DNA of 64,000 bases from contig CAWAUI010000004.1 of NCBI GenBank assembly GCA_963785165.1, forward strand, positions 192,074-256,073, written 5' to 3'. The notes beneath the pieces are model-generated. The model saw only the letters and a list, made by a program, of their open reading frames with translations, did not search any database and was not told the origin of the DNA. The translations under genes were made by a program, and so were the position numbers. The stretch comes from Thermoanaerobaculaceae bacterium. Its GTDB lineage: Bacteria > Acidobacteriota > Thermoanaerobaculia > Multivoradales > UBA5704. Shown one piece after another: positions 37,875 through 47,718 of this stretch. The stretch's first letter is position 1; every line of letters begins with the position of its first letter.

Positions 37875-38029
37875 GACCATTGGCTCGGTGCGTCCTACTT
37901 GACTGGGGCGCCCCCTCCTAACCTCCCCCTGGCCAACCTTCCCCCTCCCAGGGGGAGGAACCTACAGCCCGAACCGTCGCGTACGAGATTCAGGTCAGTC
38001 TTGCCTCGACAGACCTCTCTGGGAGGCTT

Positions 38030-40044
38030 CTACACCCGCGCCCGGATCGGCAGCACCACCATCGGCACGCCCACCCACTGGAGCCGGTTCTGGATGATCT
38101 TCGAGGTTTCGTTGTGGAGGAAGCCGTAGAAGAAGCGTTCGCGGCGGAAGACCAGCTTGCCCGTGAAGATGGTCGCCTTGGGGTAGATCTTCGCGATCTG
38201 CTGGCAGAGGCCTCCGAGGCGACGGTGACGACCTCGATCCCGACGTGCCAGACGCAGTCGGCCGCGAGGCCCATCCGGCGGGCGACGTCGACGTACTTGT
38301 CCAGGTCTGCCCGGGTGCTCTGCTGGAGCGCCTCGATCTCCTCCTTCCCCTTGAAGGTGCCGGAGTCGACCACGGCGACCGAGACGAAGATCACCTGTTT
38401 GTAGAGGCCCGGGAAGTATCGCAGGATCGACAGCAGGGTATGGATCCCGAAGCCGCTGTAGGAGCTGACCAGCAGCACGGCGGTGGGAGCCTTGGGATCC
38501 AGGCTCCTGGGCAAGGCCTCGCCGGTCTGGGGCAAGGTGTCGAGAATGTCGTCGAGCTGCCTCAGGCCTTCCTTGGAGCGCCGGTAGTGGCCGTGGATGG
38601 CGTAGCAGAGCGCCACGAAGAGGGAGGTGAGCACCACCGTCACCCACCCGCCGTGGGTGAAGCGCTCGAACACGGTGAGCCCCAGGATGCCCACGCAGAG
38701 CACCAGCGCCACGCCGTGGATGGCGAGGTGCCGGCGCCGCTTCGGCTCTTTCTTCCGGTCCTTCCAGAAGCGGGTCATGCCGAGCTGGGAGAGCGAGAAG
38801 GTGAGGAACACGTTGATCGAGTACATGTAGACCAGCGTCTGGATGCTGCCCCGGGTGTAGGCCAGCATGGCGAGGGCCGCGAGCCCCATCAGCAAGACAC
38901 CGTTCTGCATGGAGAGCTGCTCGGAGAGGGAGGCGAAGCGGTGGGGTAGGTAGGAGTCCACCGCCATGTTGGCCATCACCCGGGGGCCGTCGATGAAGCC
39001 GGCCTGGGCCGCCACCACCAGCAGCAGCCCCTCCGAGACCAGGGTGACCAGCACCAGCCAGTAGCCCACGGGCAGGGTGCCCAGGTGCCAGGCGCCGAAC
39101 ACCCGTTCGGAGAGGATGGCGTTCATGGTCTTGCCCGGCGTGTGCTGGACGTTGAGCAGCAGGTAGCCGATGAGGATGCCGGCCGCCGTCACGGCCAGGG
39201 AGACCGCCATGTAGAGCATGGTCCGCTTGCCCGTGGCCACCCGCGGCTCGCGCATGATCTGGAGGCCGTTCGAGACCGCCTCGATCCCCGTGTAGGTGCC
39301 GCCGCCCAGGGCGTAGGCGCGGAGCGTCAGCAGCAGCATGCCGCCCAGCCCGAGGGTCGAGAGCCCTGAGGTGAAGCCCTGGTGGAGACGGCTGGAGACG
39401 GCGGGGATGTCATCCACGTGCTGGAAGACGGCCCAGCCGATGAGCAGGGCATGGGTGGCGAGGAAGACCAGGAAGACGGGCACCAAGGCCTGGACCGACT
39501 CCTTGACCCCCCGCAGATTGAGCGCGATCAGCAGGGCGATGGCCGCGAACTCCATCGGCAGCTTCCAGACGGCCATATGCGGGGGAAGGAAGCTGAAGAT
39601 GGCGTTGCCGCTGCCGGCGATGGAGACGGTGATGGTGAGGATGTAGTCCACCACCAGCGCGCAGCCGGAAACCACGCCGACGCGGGGGCCGAGCAGGTGG
39701 GAGGCCACCACGTAGCCGCCGCCGCCGGTGGGGAACTGCTCGATGATGCTGGTGTAGGAGGCCGAGATGATGAGCACGGTCACCGCCGTGGCCAACGCCA
39801 GGGCCCCGGCCAGGTAGGTGTGCTCCCCCAGGGCCAGGAACGCCTCCTCCGGGCCATAGGCGGAAGACGACAGGCCGTCCGCCCCCAGGCCGACCCAGGC
39901 CAGGAAGGCGATGAGCGACATCTTGTGGAGGTGCGAGACGTCCGACGGGTCCCGGGGAGCCCCCAGGAGGGTCCTCCGGATTCGCTGGGTGAGCCCCTCG
40001 TTCTGTGATTGAGGCTCCTGCGAGCCGATTCCAATTCCGGTCAT
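38030..40044 (-). CDS. APC-superfamily permease with a cytoplasmic C-terminal domain, apparent frameshift near 38215
   Basis: ...SLIAFLAWVGLGADGLSSSAYGPEEAF...FPTGGGGYVVAS.... The C-terminus ...LCQQIAKIYPKATIFTGKLVFRRERFFYGFLHNETSKIIQNRLQWVGVPMVVLPIRARV* is in ORF 38030..38647. Confidence 0.8.
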
Positions 40045-40126
40045 CTCTGAAGCTGGGCCTCCTGGCTCGACGGTATCCCGAGCCAGGCATCGCTTTCCAG
40101 GTGGAGGATGAATCTTTAGAGATTCT

Positions 40127-40312
40127 TTAGGCCTGTCCTATCCTACTTTGCCGAAATCCCGCCTGCCGGGGTGGCTCACTCTGTGCGCTTTTCGCCGCAG
40201 GATTGAAGTGAGGGATGAAGCCCGGAGCCGTTCTCTCCTCGCCGCGATCTTCATAAATTCTTTCGATCTCCTTCCGGACTTCTTTGCTTTCCTGCGGCGA
40301 GACTGAGGCCAT
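40127..40312 (-). CDS. Possible 61-aa charged small ORF upstream of the APC permease
   Basis: MASVSPQESKEVRKEIERIYEDRGEERTAPGFIPHF.... It is the tail of a spurious 634-aa antisense ORF. Same strand as the permease and 82 nt upstream of it. Weak SD. Confidence 0.2.
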   Translation of the reverse strand: MASVSPQESKEVRKEIERIYEDRGEERTAPGFIPHFNPAAKSAQSEPPRQAGFRQSRIGQA

Positions 40313-40345
40313 CAGGGGACGCCATCCCCGAAGAGGAGCGCGGTC

Positions 40346-42211
40346 ATGGACAGCCATCACAGTCATCGCAGCGATCAGAAACCGGGCCGGCAGGGAGGCC
40401 TCGGCCTCAGGACCAAGCTCGTCCTGGGCTTCGTGGGCCTGCTCGCGATCCTGATCGCGGTAGGCGTCGAGAGCATCACCCTGCTCGACGATCTCGGCGG
40501 CTCGATCGACGTCATATTGCGTGAGAACTATAAGAGCGTCATCGCCTGCGGACAGATGAAGGAAGCGCTCGAGCGGATGGACAGCGGCGCCCTCTTCGCC
40601 CTGGCGGGTGAGGAGGCACAGGGGCGCGCCCTCGTTGAGGAGCACCGCCCCCGGTTCGACGAGGCCCTGAAGACGGAGCTCGGCAACGTCACCCTGCCGG
40701 GCGAAGGGGAGCGGGCTCAGCGGCTGAGCCAGCTTTTCTCGGCCTTCGTGCCGGTCCTCAACCAGGTCCTCGATCCGGCCCTTCCCCTGGAGGCGCGGCG
40801 CGGCCTCTACTTCCAGCAGCTCTATCCCACCTTCCGGCAGATCAAGGGCACGGCCGGCGAGATCCTGGAGATGAACCAGCGCAACATGGTGGAGGCCAAG
40901 GACCGCGCCCGTGAGACCGCCAACGGCGCCACGCGCCGCATGGCCCTGCTGCTCCTCGCCGGCACGGCCTTCGCCGGCCTGTGCGTGTTCTTCCTCACCC
41001 GCGCCATCCTGGTGCCGCTGGAGCGGCTGACCTGGGCGGCGGGGGAGATCGAGAACGGCAACCTGGACCTCGCCGTCCCCGTCACCTCCGGGGACGAGAT
41101 GGGGCAGCTCGCCACCGCCTTCAACTCCATGGCCGGGGGGCTCAAGGAGCTGCGGGAGACCGAGCAGGGGCACCTGCTGCGCGTCCGGAACGTCCTGCAA
41201 TCCGCTCTCGACCAGCTTCCCGAAGCCCTTGCCATCTTCAGTCTCGACCGGCGCGTGGAGCTGGCCAACCAGGCCGCCGTGGAGCTCGGGCTGCGCCCGG
41301 GTGAGCCCGTCCCGGAGCGGCATGCCGGGTGGCTCAGCCCCCTGCTGGACCGGATCGGGTCCGGACGCGGCGTGTCCCCGGGAGCTTCGGAAGCTCCGTT
41401 CCGGGTTTCCGCCGAGGGCGGCGAGCGCATGTTCCTGCCGCATGGCAAGACCTTCCTCGATGGCCAGGGACACCCGGACGCCCTGGTGCTCATCCTGGAA
41501 GACGTCACCGGCCGCCACCGCGGGCGGGAGGTGCGCGCCGGCCTTCTCGCCAACGCGGCCCGCGACCTCGAAAGGGCGTTGGTTCCTCTCCGCTCGGCCC
41601 TGGAGTCGCTGGAGGCGGAGCGCATCGGCCCTCTGACCCCCCGCCAGAAACAGCGGCTCGAGGAGGTGCGCGCCGAGACCGGGCATGCCGCCGAGGTCGC
41701 CGCCAACCTCCTGGCCATGGCGGGCCTGGAGGAGAGCCGCGAGCAGCTCCGCCCGGAGGCGGTCACGCCCGGCGACCTGCTGGCTCCCGCTCTGCGCGAG
41801 ACCGCGCGGGGGTGCCAGGAAAAGGGCGTGCGGCTGGTGACGGACGCGGACCCCGAAGCGCCGCGCGTGCTCGCCGACCGTGAACGGGCCGGGCTGGTGC
41901 TCACGTCCCTCCTCCGCAACGCCTGCGCCCACACCCCGGCCGGCGGCTCGGTGACCGTGAAGGCCGACCCCTGGGAAGGCCGGGTCCGTTTCACCGTCTC
42001 CGACACCGGCGAGGGGATTCCGTCCGCTCATCTCGAACGGATCTTCGAGCCCTTCTACCAGGTGCCGGGAACCCAGGACCAGGGAGGCGTGGGGCTTGGC
42101 CTCCCGATCTCCCGGGACATCGTGCGGTCACACGGTGGCGAGATTCACGTCGACAGCGAAGAAGGCCGCGGGACGACCGTGTGGTTCACCCTCCCGGCGG
42201 CCGTGGATTGA
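40346..42211 (+). CDS. Membrane sensor histidine-kinase-like protein (4HB/HAMP/PAS-like/DHp/HATPase) with a non-canonical H-box
   Basis: 621 aa, intact. HAMP (GDEMGQLATAFNSMAGGLKEL). N, G1, F and G2 boxes present (LLRNACAHTP, DTGEGI, IFEPFYQ, GGVGLGLPISR). The H-box position reads LLANAARDLERALVPL instead of FLANVSHELRTPL. Confidence 0.8.
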   Translation: MDSHHSHRSDQKPGRQGGLGLRTKLVLGFVGLLAILIAVGVESITLLDDLGGSIDVILRENYKSVIACGQMKEALERMDSGALFALAGEEAQGRALVEEHRPRFDEALKTELGNVTLPGEGERAQRLSQLFSAFVPVLNQVLDPALPLEARRGLYFQQLYPTFRQIKGTAGEILEMNQRNMVEAKDRARETANGATRRMALLLLAGTAFAGLCVFFLTRAILVPLERLTWAAGEIENGNLDLAVPVTSGDEMGQLATAFNSMAGGLKELRETEQGHLLRVRNVLQSALDQLPEALAIFSLDRRVELANQAAVELGLRPGEPVPERHAGWLSPLLDRIGSGRGVSPGASEAPFRVSAEGGERMFLPHGKTFLDGQGHPDALVLILEDVTGRHRGREVRAGLLANAARDLERALVPLRSALESLEAERIGPLTPRQKQRLEEVRAETGHAAEVAANLLAMAGLEESREQLRPEAVTPGDLLAPALRETARGCQEKGVRLVTDADPEAPRVLADRERAGLVLTSLLRNACAHTPAGGSVTVKADPWEGRVRFTVSDTGEGIPSAHLERIFEPFYQVPGTQDQGGVGLGLPISRDIVRSHGGEIHVDSEEGRGTTVWFTLPAAVD

Positions 42212-42239
42212 CCGAAAAAGGAAAGGAATTCGTACCGAT

Positions 42240-43058
42240 ATGCGAAACGAAATCACTCTGACGCCCAAGCATAGGGTCTGGGCGCTGATCTTCTTGGTCG
42301 TGGCCGCGTTGTCGGCCGGTGCCGCCCGGGGGCAGGAGTCGCCGATCGTCACCGACCGGCCCGGCCTTCTGTTCAGCAGCCTCACCGTGGGCCCGGGCGT
42401 GTTCCAGACCGAGCTCGGCCTGCCGTCGGTGACGCTGATCGAGGACGGAGAGAGCGAATTCCGGGCCACCAGCGCCGTGGCGCTCTTCCGCTACGGCATC
42501 GGCGACGACTTCGAGCTGCGCCTCGGCGGTCCCCTGTATACGGAGATCCGCAGCGAATTCGGCCGGTTCAGCAATACCGAGAGCGGCTACGGCGACCTCG
42601 AGGTGGGAGCCAAGTGGCACCTCCTCGACAACCAGGGCGGCCGGCCATCGTTCGCCCTGATCCCGTCCGTGATCCTGCCCACCGGTGAGGAGGGCTTCTC
42701 CGCCGAAGACCCGATTTATCAGGTGAACGCCATGGCCGAGTGGACGCTGGCCAACGGCTGGGGGATCGGCGCCCTGGCGGGTTATCTGAACGGCCCCGAC
42801 GGAGATGACCGCTATGGACAGGAGACCTTCGGGCTCGTGGCCGGCCGCTCGTTGCCGTCGCCTGCTTGGAGCGCCTACGGCGAGGCCGTAGTCGTGACGA
42901 GCAACGCCGGGGACGGCAGCACCGACGCCCCCTACCTGGGTGCAGGGATCAAGTACCTGGCGACGAACGACTTCCAGCTCGACCTCAGCTTCGACCGCGG
43001 GTTGAGCGACGACGCGGCGGACTGGTTGTTGGGCTTCGGCCTGGCGGCCCGGTTCTAA
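42240..43058 (+). CDS. Outer-membrane beta-barrel channel (MetA-pathway/transporter-type OMP)
   Basis: Signal peptide ...LIFLVVAALSAGAARG. Alternating beta-strand pattern. C-terminal ...LGFGLAARF ends in Phe as in OMPs. Directly upstream of kdpF. Confidence 0.65.
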   Translation: MRNEITLTPKHRVWALIFLVVAALSAGAARGQESPIVTDRPGLLFSSLTVGPGVFQTELGLPSVTLIEDGESEFRATSAVALFRYGIGDDFELRLGGPLYTEIRSEFGRFSNTESGYGDLEVGAKWHLLDNQGGRPSFALIPSVILPTGEEGFSAEDPIYQVNAMAEWTLANGWGIGALAGYLNGPDGDDRYGQETFGLVAGRSLPSPAWSAYGEAVVVTSNAGDGSTDAPYLGAGIKYLATNDFQLDLSFDRGLSDDAADWLLGFGLAARF

Positions 43059-43070
43059 GGAGAGATCGAA

Positions 43071-43175
43071 ATGGACATCGCCTTCCTCATCCTGGTTCTC
43101 GTCTTCTTCCTGGCTTCCTGGGGCTTCGTGCGGCTGTGCTCCGGCCTGGAGCCGGTCAAGGAGGAAAAGAAATGA
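43071..43175 (+). CDS. 34-aa hydrophobic mini-protein, translationally coupled to kdpF
   Basis: SD AAGGAGAG. MDIAFLILVLVFFLASWGFVRLCSGLEPVKEEKK*. Its stop overlaps the kdpF ATG (ATGA). Confidence 0.45.
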   Translation: MDIAFLILVLVFFLASWGFVRLCSGLEPVKEEKK

Positions 43176-43261
43176 ACGGTCTCTACATTCTGGGCCTCGT
43201 GGTGACGCTCTTGCTGACCGTCTACCTGTTCGTGGCCCTGCTCAAACCGGAGCGCTTCTGA
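43172..43261 (+). CDS. kdpF: K+-transporting ATPase subunit F
   Basis: 29 aa, MNGLYILGLVVTLLLTVYLFVALLKPERF*. Its stop overlaps the kdpA ATG. Confidence 0.85.
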   Translation: MNGLYILGLVVTLLLTVYLFVALLKPERF

Positions 43262-45019
43262 TGACTACCAACGGTCTTCTTCAGATCGCTCTCTACGTCC
43301 TCGTCCTGCTGGCCCTCGCCAAGCCGCTCGGCGCCTACATGGCCCGGGTGTACGAGGGGAAGCCGTTCGGTCTCGACCGCGTCCTCGGACCGTTCGAGCG
43401 GCTGATCTACCGCCTGACCGGCGTCCGCCCCGAGGAGGAGATGGACTGGAAGGTCTATGCCCTCTCCCTGCTCCTGTTCAGCCTCGTGAGCGTGCTTTTC
43501 GTCTACGCCCTGCAGCGGCTCCAGGCGCTTGCTGCCGCTGGAACCCCCAGTCGCTCGGCGCGGTGACTCCGGACTCCTCGTTCAACACCGCCGTCTAGCT
43601 TCGCCAGCAACACCAACTGGCAGGGGTACGGCGGCGAGACGACGATGAGCTACCTGACGCAGATGGTGGGGCTCACCGTGCAGAACTTCGTCTCGGCGGC
43701 GGCCGGCATGGCCGTCCTCGTGGCCCTCATCCGCGGCCTCGTGCGCCGCGAGCACGAAGACGATCGGCAACTTCTGGGTGGACCTGACCCGGACCACGCT
43801 CTACATCCTGCTGCCGCTGTCTCTGGTCCTGGCGCTCGTTCTCGTGTCGCAGGGCGTGGTGCAGACGTTCGCGGAATACCGTGCGGTGCCCCTCGCCGAG
43901 GCCACGGTGGACGCCGATGGCAAGGCGGTCACCGAGCAGATTCTGGCTCTCGGGCCGGCGGCTTCGCAGGTCGCCATCAAACAGCTCGGCACCAACGGCG
44001 GCGGCTTCTTCAACGTCAACTCCGCCCATCCGTTCGAGAACCCCACGCCGCTGTCGAACTTCCTGGAAATGCTGTCGATCCTCCTGATCCCGGCGGCCCT
44101 CTGCTACACCTTCGGCCGCATGGTCGGGCGATACCCGCCAGGGCTGGGCCCTGCTCGCCGCCATGACGCTCGTCCTGCTGCCGCTCCTCTTCCTCTGCTA
44201 CGGCGCCGAGCAGGCGGGGCAATCCGGCCTTCGGCCGGCTCGGGCGTGGACCAGCAGGCGAGCGACCGCTCCAGCCGGGCGGCAACATGGAAGGCAAGGA
44301 GGTGCGCTTCGGCATCGCCAACTCGGCCCTCTGGGCGGCGGCGACGACGGCGGCCTCCAACGGCTCGGTCAACTCCATGCACGACTCCTACACGCCGCTC
44401 GGCGGGCTCGTGCCGCTCTTCCTCATGCAGTTCAGCGAGGTGATCTTCGGCGGCGTCGGCTCGGGGCTCTACGGCATGCTGGTCTTCGTCATCGTCTCCG
44501 TCTTCATCGCCGGCCTCATGGTCGGCCGCACGCCGGAGTACCTGGGCAAGAAGATCGAGGCCTACGAGATGAAGATGGCCTCCCTGGTGGTTCTCATCAT
44601 GCCGCTCGCCGTGCTGGGGTTCACCGCCCTCGCCGTGGTCGTCGAGGCCGGGACGAAGACGATCTGCGAACCCGGGCGCGCATGGCTTCTCCGAGGTGCT
44701 CTACGCCTTCACGTCCCAGGGAACAACAACGGCAGCGCCTTCGCGGGCCTGGGCGCCAACAATCCCTTCTACAACACCACGCGGCGGCCTCGCCATGCTC
44801 TTCGCGCGCTTCTGGCTGGCCATTCCGGCCCTGGCGATCGCCGGCTCGCTGGCGAACAAGAAGCAGGTGCCGGCCGGCCCGGGGACGCTGCCCACCCACA
44901 CACCGCTGTTCGTCGTCTTCCTGATCGGCGTGGTCGTGCTGGTCGGGGCGCTGACCTTCTTCCCGGCCCTGGCCCTCGGCCCCATCGTCGAGCACCTCCA
45001 GATGCTGGCCGCCGGCTAG
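43261..45019 (+). CDS. kdpA: K+-transporting ATPase subunit A, 8 or more apparent frameshifts
   Basis: Conserved KdpA sequence (…[56 protein letters not shown]… [21 protein letters not shown] … [12 protein letters not shown] …) is recoverable only by hopping among ORFs 43261, 43645, 43778, 44287, 44696 and unlisted frames. Confidence 0.9.
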
Positions 45020-45025
45020 GAAAGG

Positions 45026-47108
45026 ATGACTGACATGTCCAGGAAAAAGACGTCCCTGTTCGATCCCAGGATCCTCCGCCAGGCGGCGGTCGACTCCTTC
45101 CGCAAGCTTCGACCCGCGCCTCATGGTGCGCAACCCCGTGATGTTCGTGGTCTACGTGGGGAGCTTCCTCACCACGGGCCTCTGGGTCCAGGCGCTCGTC
45201 GGGCCAGGGCGAGGCGCCGGCCGGGTTCATCCTGGCCGTGGCCCTCTGGCTCTGGTTCACCGTGCTCTTCGCCAACTTCGCCGAAGCCATGGCCGAGGGG
45301 CGGGGCAAGGCCCAGGCGGCGGCGCTCCGCAAGACCCGCAAGACCGCCGTGGCGAAGAAGCTGGCCGAGCCTCGGCGCGACGCGCCCCAGACCCAGGCCT
45401 CCTCGGCCGACCTCCGCAAGGGGGACGTGGTCCTGGTCGAAGCCGGGGACACCATTCCCGGCGACGGCGAGGTGCGTCGAAGGGGCGGCCTCGGTCAACG
45501 AGGCCGCCGTCACCGGCGAGAGCGCGCCGGTGATCCGCGAGAGCGGCGGCGACCGCAGCTCCGTGACCGGCGGCACCCAGGTGCTCTCGGACTGGCTGAT
45601 CGTCCGCATCACCGCCAACCCGGGCGAGACCTTCCTCGACCGCATGATCTCCCTGGTCGAGGGCGCCAAGCGGCAGAAGACGCCCAACGAGATCGCCCTG
45701 TCGATCCTGCTCGCCGCCCTGACGCTCGTCTTCCTCATGGCCACCGTCACCCTGCTGCCGTTCTCCCTCTACAGCGTTCACGCGGCGGGGATCGGGACGC
45801 CGGTGACCGTCACGGTGCTCGTGGCGCTCCTGGTCTGCCTGATCCCCACCACCATCGGCGGGCTGCTTTCGGCCATCGGCATCGCGGGCATGGACCGCAT
45901 GATCCAGGCGAACGTCATCGCCATGTCGGGCCGGGCCGTGGAGGCGGCGGGCGACGTGGACGTGCTGCTGCTCGACAAGACGGGCACCATCACCCTCGGC
46001 AACCGGCAGGCCACCGAGCTTCTGCCGGCCGAAGGGGTGGGCGGAGGCCGCACTTCGCCGACGCGGCCCAGCTCTCCTCCCTGGCCGACGAGACCCCCGA
46101 GGGGCGGAGCATCGTGGTGCTCGCCAAGGAGAAGTACCAGATCCGCGAGCGGGACATCCAAGCCCTGGGCGCCCACTTCGTGCCGTTCACCGCCCAGACG
46201 CGGATGAGCGGCGTGGACCTCAACGGCCGCAAGATCCGCAAGGGAGCGGCCGACGCCGTGGAGGCGTTCGTCCAGGCCCTGGGCGGGGCCTTCCCGGCCG
46301 ATGTCCGCACCAAGGTCGAGACCATCGCCAAGACCGGCGGCACGCCGCTCGTGGTGGCCGAGGACGGGCGGGTGCTGGGGGTGATCCACCTGAAGGACAT
46401 CGTCAAGGGCGGCATCCGCGAGCGCTTCGGCGAGCTGCGGGCGATGGGGATCAAGACGGTGATGATCACCGGCGACAACCCGCTGACCGCCGCCGCCATC
46501 GCCGCCGAGGCCGGGGTGGACGACTTCCTGGCGCAGGCGACGCCCGAGACCAAGCTCAAGCTGATCCGCGACTACCAGGCGGGCGGCCGGCTGGTGGCCA
46601 TGACCGGCGACGGCACCAACGACGCCCCGGCGCTCGCCCAGGCGGACGTGGCGGTGGCCATGAACTCCGGCACCCAGGCGGCCAAGGAGGCGGCCAACCT
46701 GGTGGACCTGGACTCGAATCCCGACCAAGCTGATCGAGATCGTGGAGATCGGCAAGCAGCTCCTGATCACCCGGGGCACGCTCACCACCTTCTCCATCGC
46801 CAACGACGTGGCCAAGTACTTCGCCATCATCCCCGCGGCCTTCGCCACCACCTACCCGGTGCTCGACCGCCTCAACCTGATGGGGCTCGCGAGCCCGGCA
46901 GAGCGCCATCCTCTCGGCCGTCATCTTCAACGCCCTCATCATCATCGTCCTCATCCCGCTGGCGCTGCGGGGCGTCAAGTTCCGCCGCCATTCGGCCTCG
47001 CGCCTGCTGCGCGACAACCTGCTGATCTACGGCCTGGGAGGCGTGATCGTTCCCTTCATCGGGATCAAGCTGATCGACCTCCTTCTCCAGGGCCTGGGAC
47101 TGGTGTAA
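45026..47108 (+). CDS. kdpB: K+-transporting P-type ATPase subunit B, about 6 apparent frameshifts
   Basis: DKTGTIT phosphorylation site, [31 protein letters not shown]. Sequence continues across ORFs 45026, 45123, 45238 and 46742 and a final frame ending at 47108. Confidence 0.9.
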
Positions 47109-47110
47109 CC

Positions 47111-47714
47111 ATGAGAGAGCCTGTAGCCATGAGACAACTGAAACCGGCAATCCTCATCTTCCTCGTCCTGACCGTGATCACCGGACTGGCCTATCCTCTC
47201 CTGGTGACCGGCATCGCCCAGGTGGTTTTCCCCCGGCAGGCCGAACGGCGACGCCTCGCTCATCGGCCAGCCGTTCAGCGGGCCGCGCTACTTCTGGAGC
47301 CGCCCCTCGGCCACCTCGCCGCCGTACAACGCGGCGGCGTCCTCGGGATCGAACCTGGGACCCACCAATCCCGCCCTGACCGACCGGATCAAGGCGGACG
47401 TGGAGCGGATCCAGGCGGCCCATCCCGGCAAAGGACCGGTGCCCGTGGATCTCGTCACCACGTCGGCCAGCGGCCTCGATCCCCACATCAGCCCGGCGGC
47501 GGCCCTGTATCAGGTGGAGCGGGTGGCCGCCGCGCGGGAGCTTGATCCGTCCGCAGTCCGTGGACTCGTCGACCGGCACACCGAAGGGCGCACCTTCGGG
47601 CTGCTCGGCGAGCCGCGGGTGAACGTCCTGAAATTGAATCTCGATCTCGACCGCCTTTCTCCCCCTCTCCCTGGCCGGGCGGGCGGAGGGCCGGGAGAGG
47701 GGGCCGGGGGGTGA
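47111..47714 (+). CDS. kdpC: K+-transporting ATPase subunit C, apparent frameshift near 47245; the 3' end reads through a REP element
   Basis: [35 protein letters not shown]... and ...[28 protein letters not shown].... The tail [19 protein letters not shown] is encoded by the REP copy at 47659-47717. Confidence 0.85.
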
Positions 47715-47717
47715 GGG
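47659..47717. repeat. REP-like hairpin element (CTCCCCCTCTCCC ... GGGAGAGGGGG + CCGGGGGGTGAGGG)
   Basis: Sits at the kdpC/kdpD junction. Same family as the copies at 27589, 52544 and 23008-23127. Confidence 0.75.
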
Positions 47718-47718
47718 C

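Noticed and set aside
40127-42031. 634-aa minus-strand ORF
   Set aside because: It is antisense to the sensor-kinase gene. Only its last 61 codons (40127-40312), which lie outside the kinase gene, were kept as a low-confidence small ORF.
47650-47714. C-terminal Gly/Pro-rich extension of KdpC as a functional domain
   Set aside because: The residues are encoded by a REP element copy that also occurs in non-coding contexts at three other sites, so this is most likely incidental read-through.
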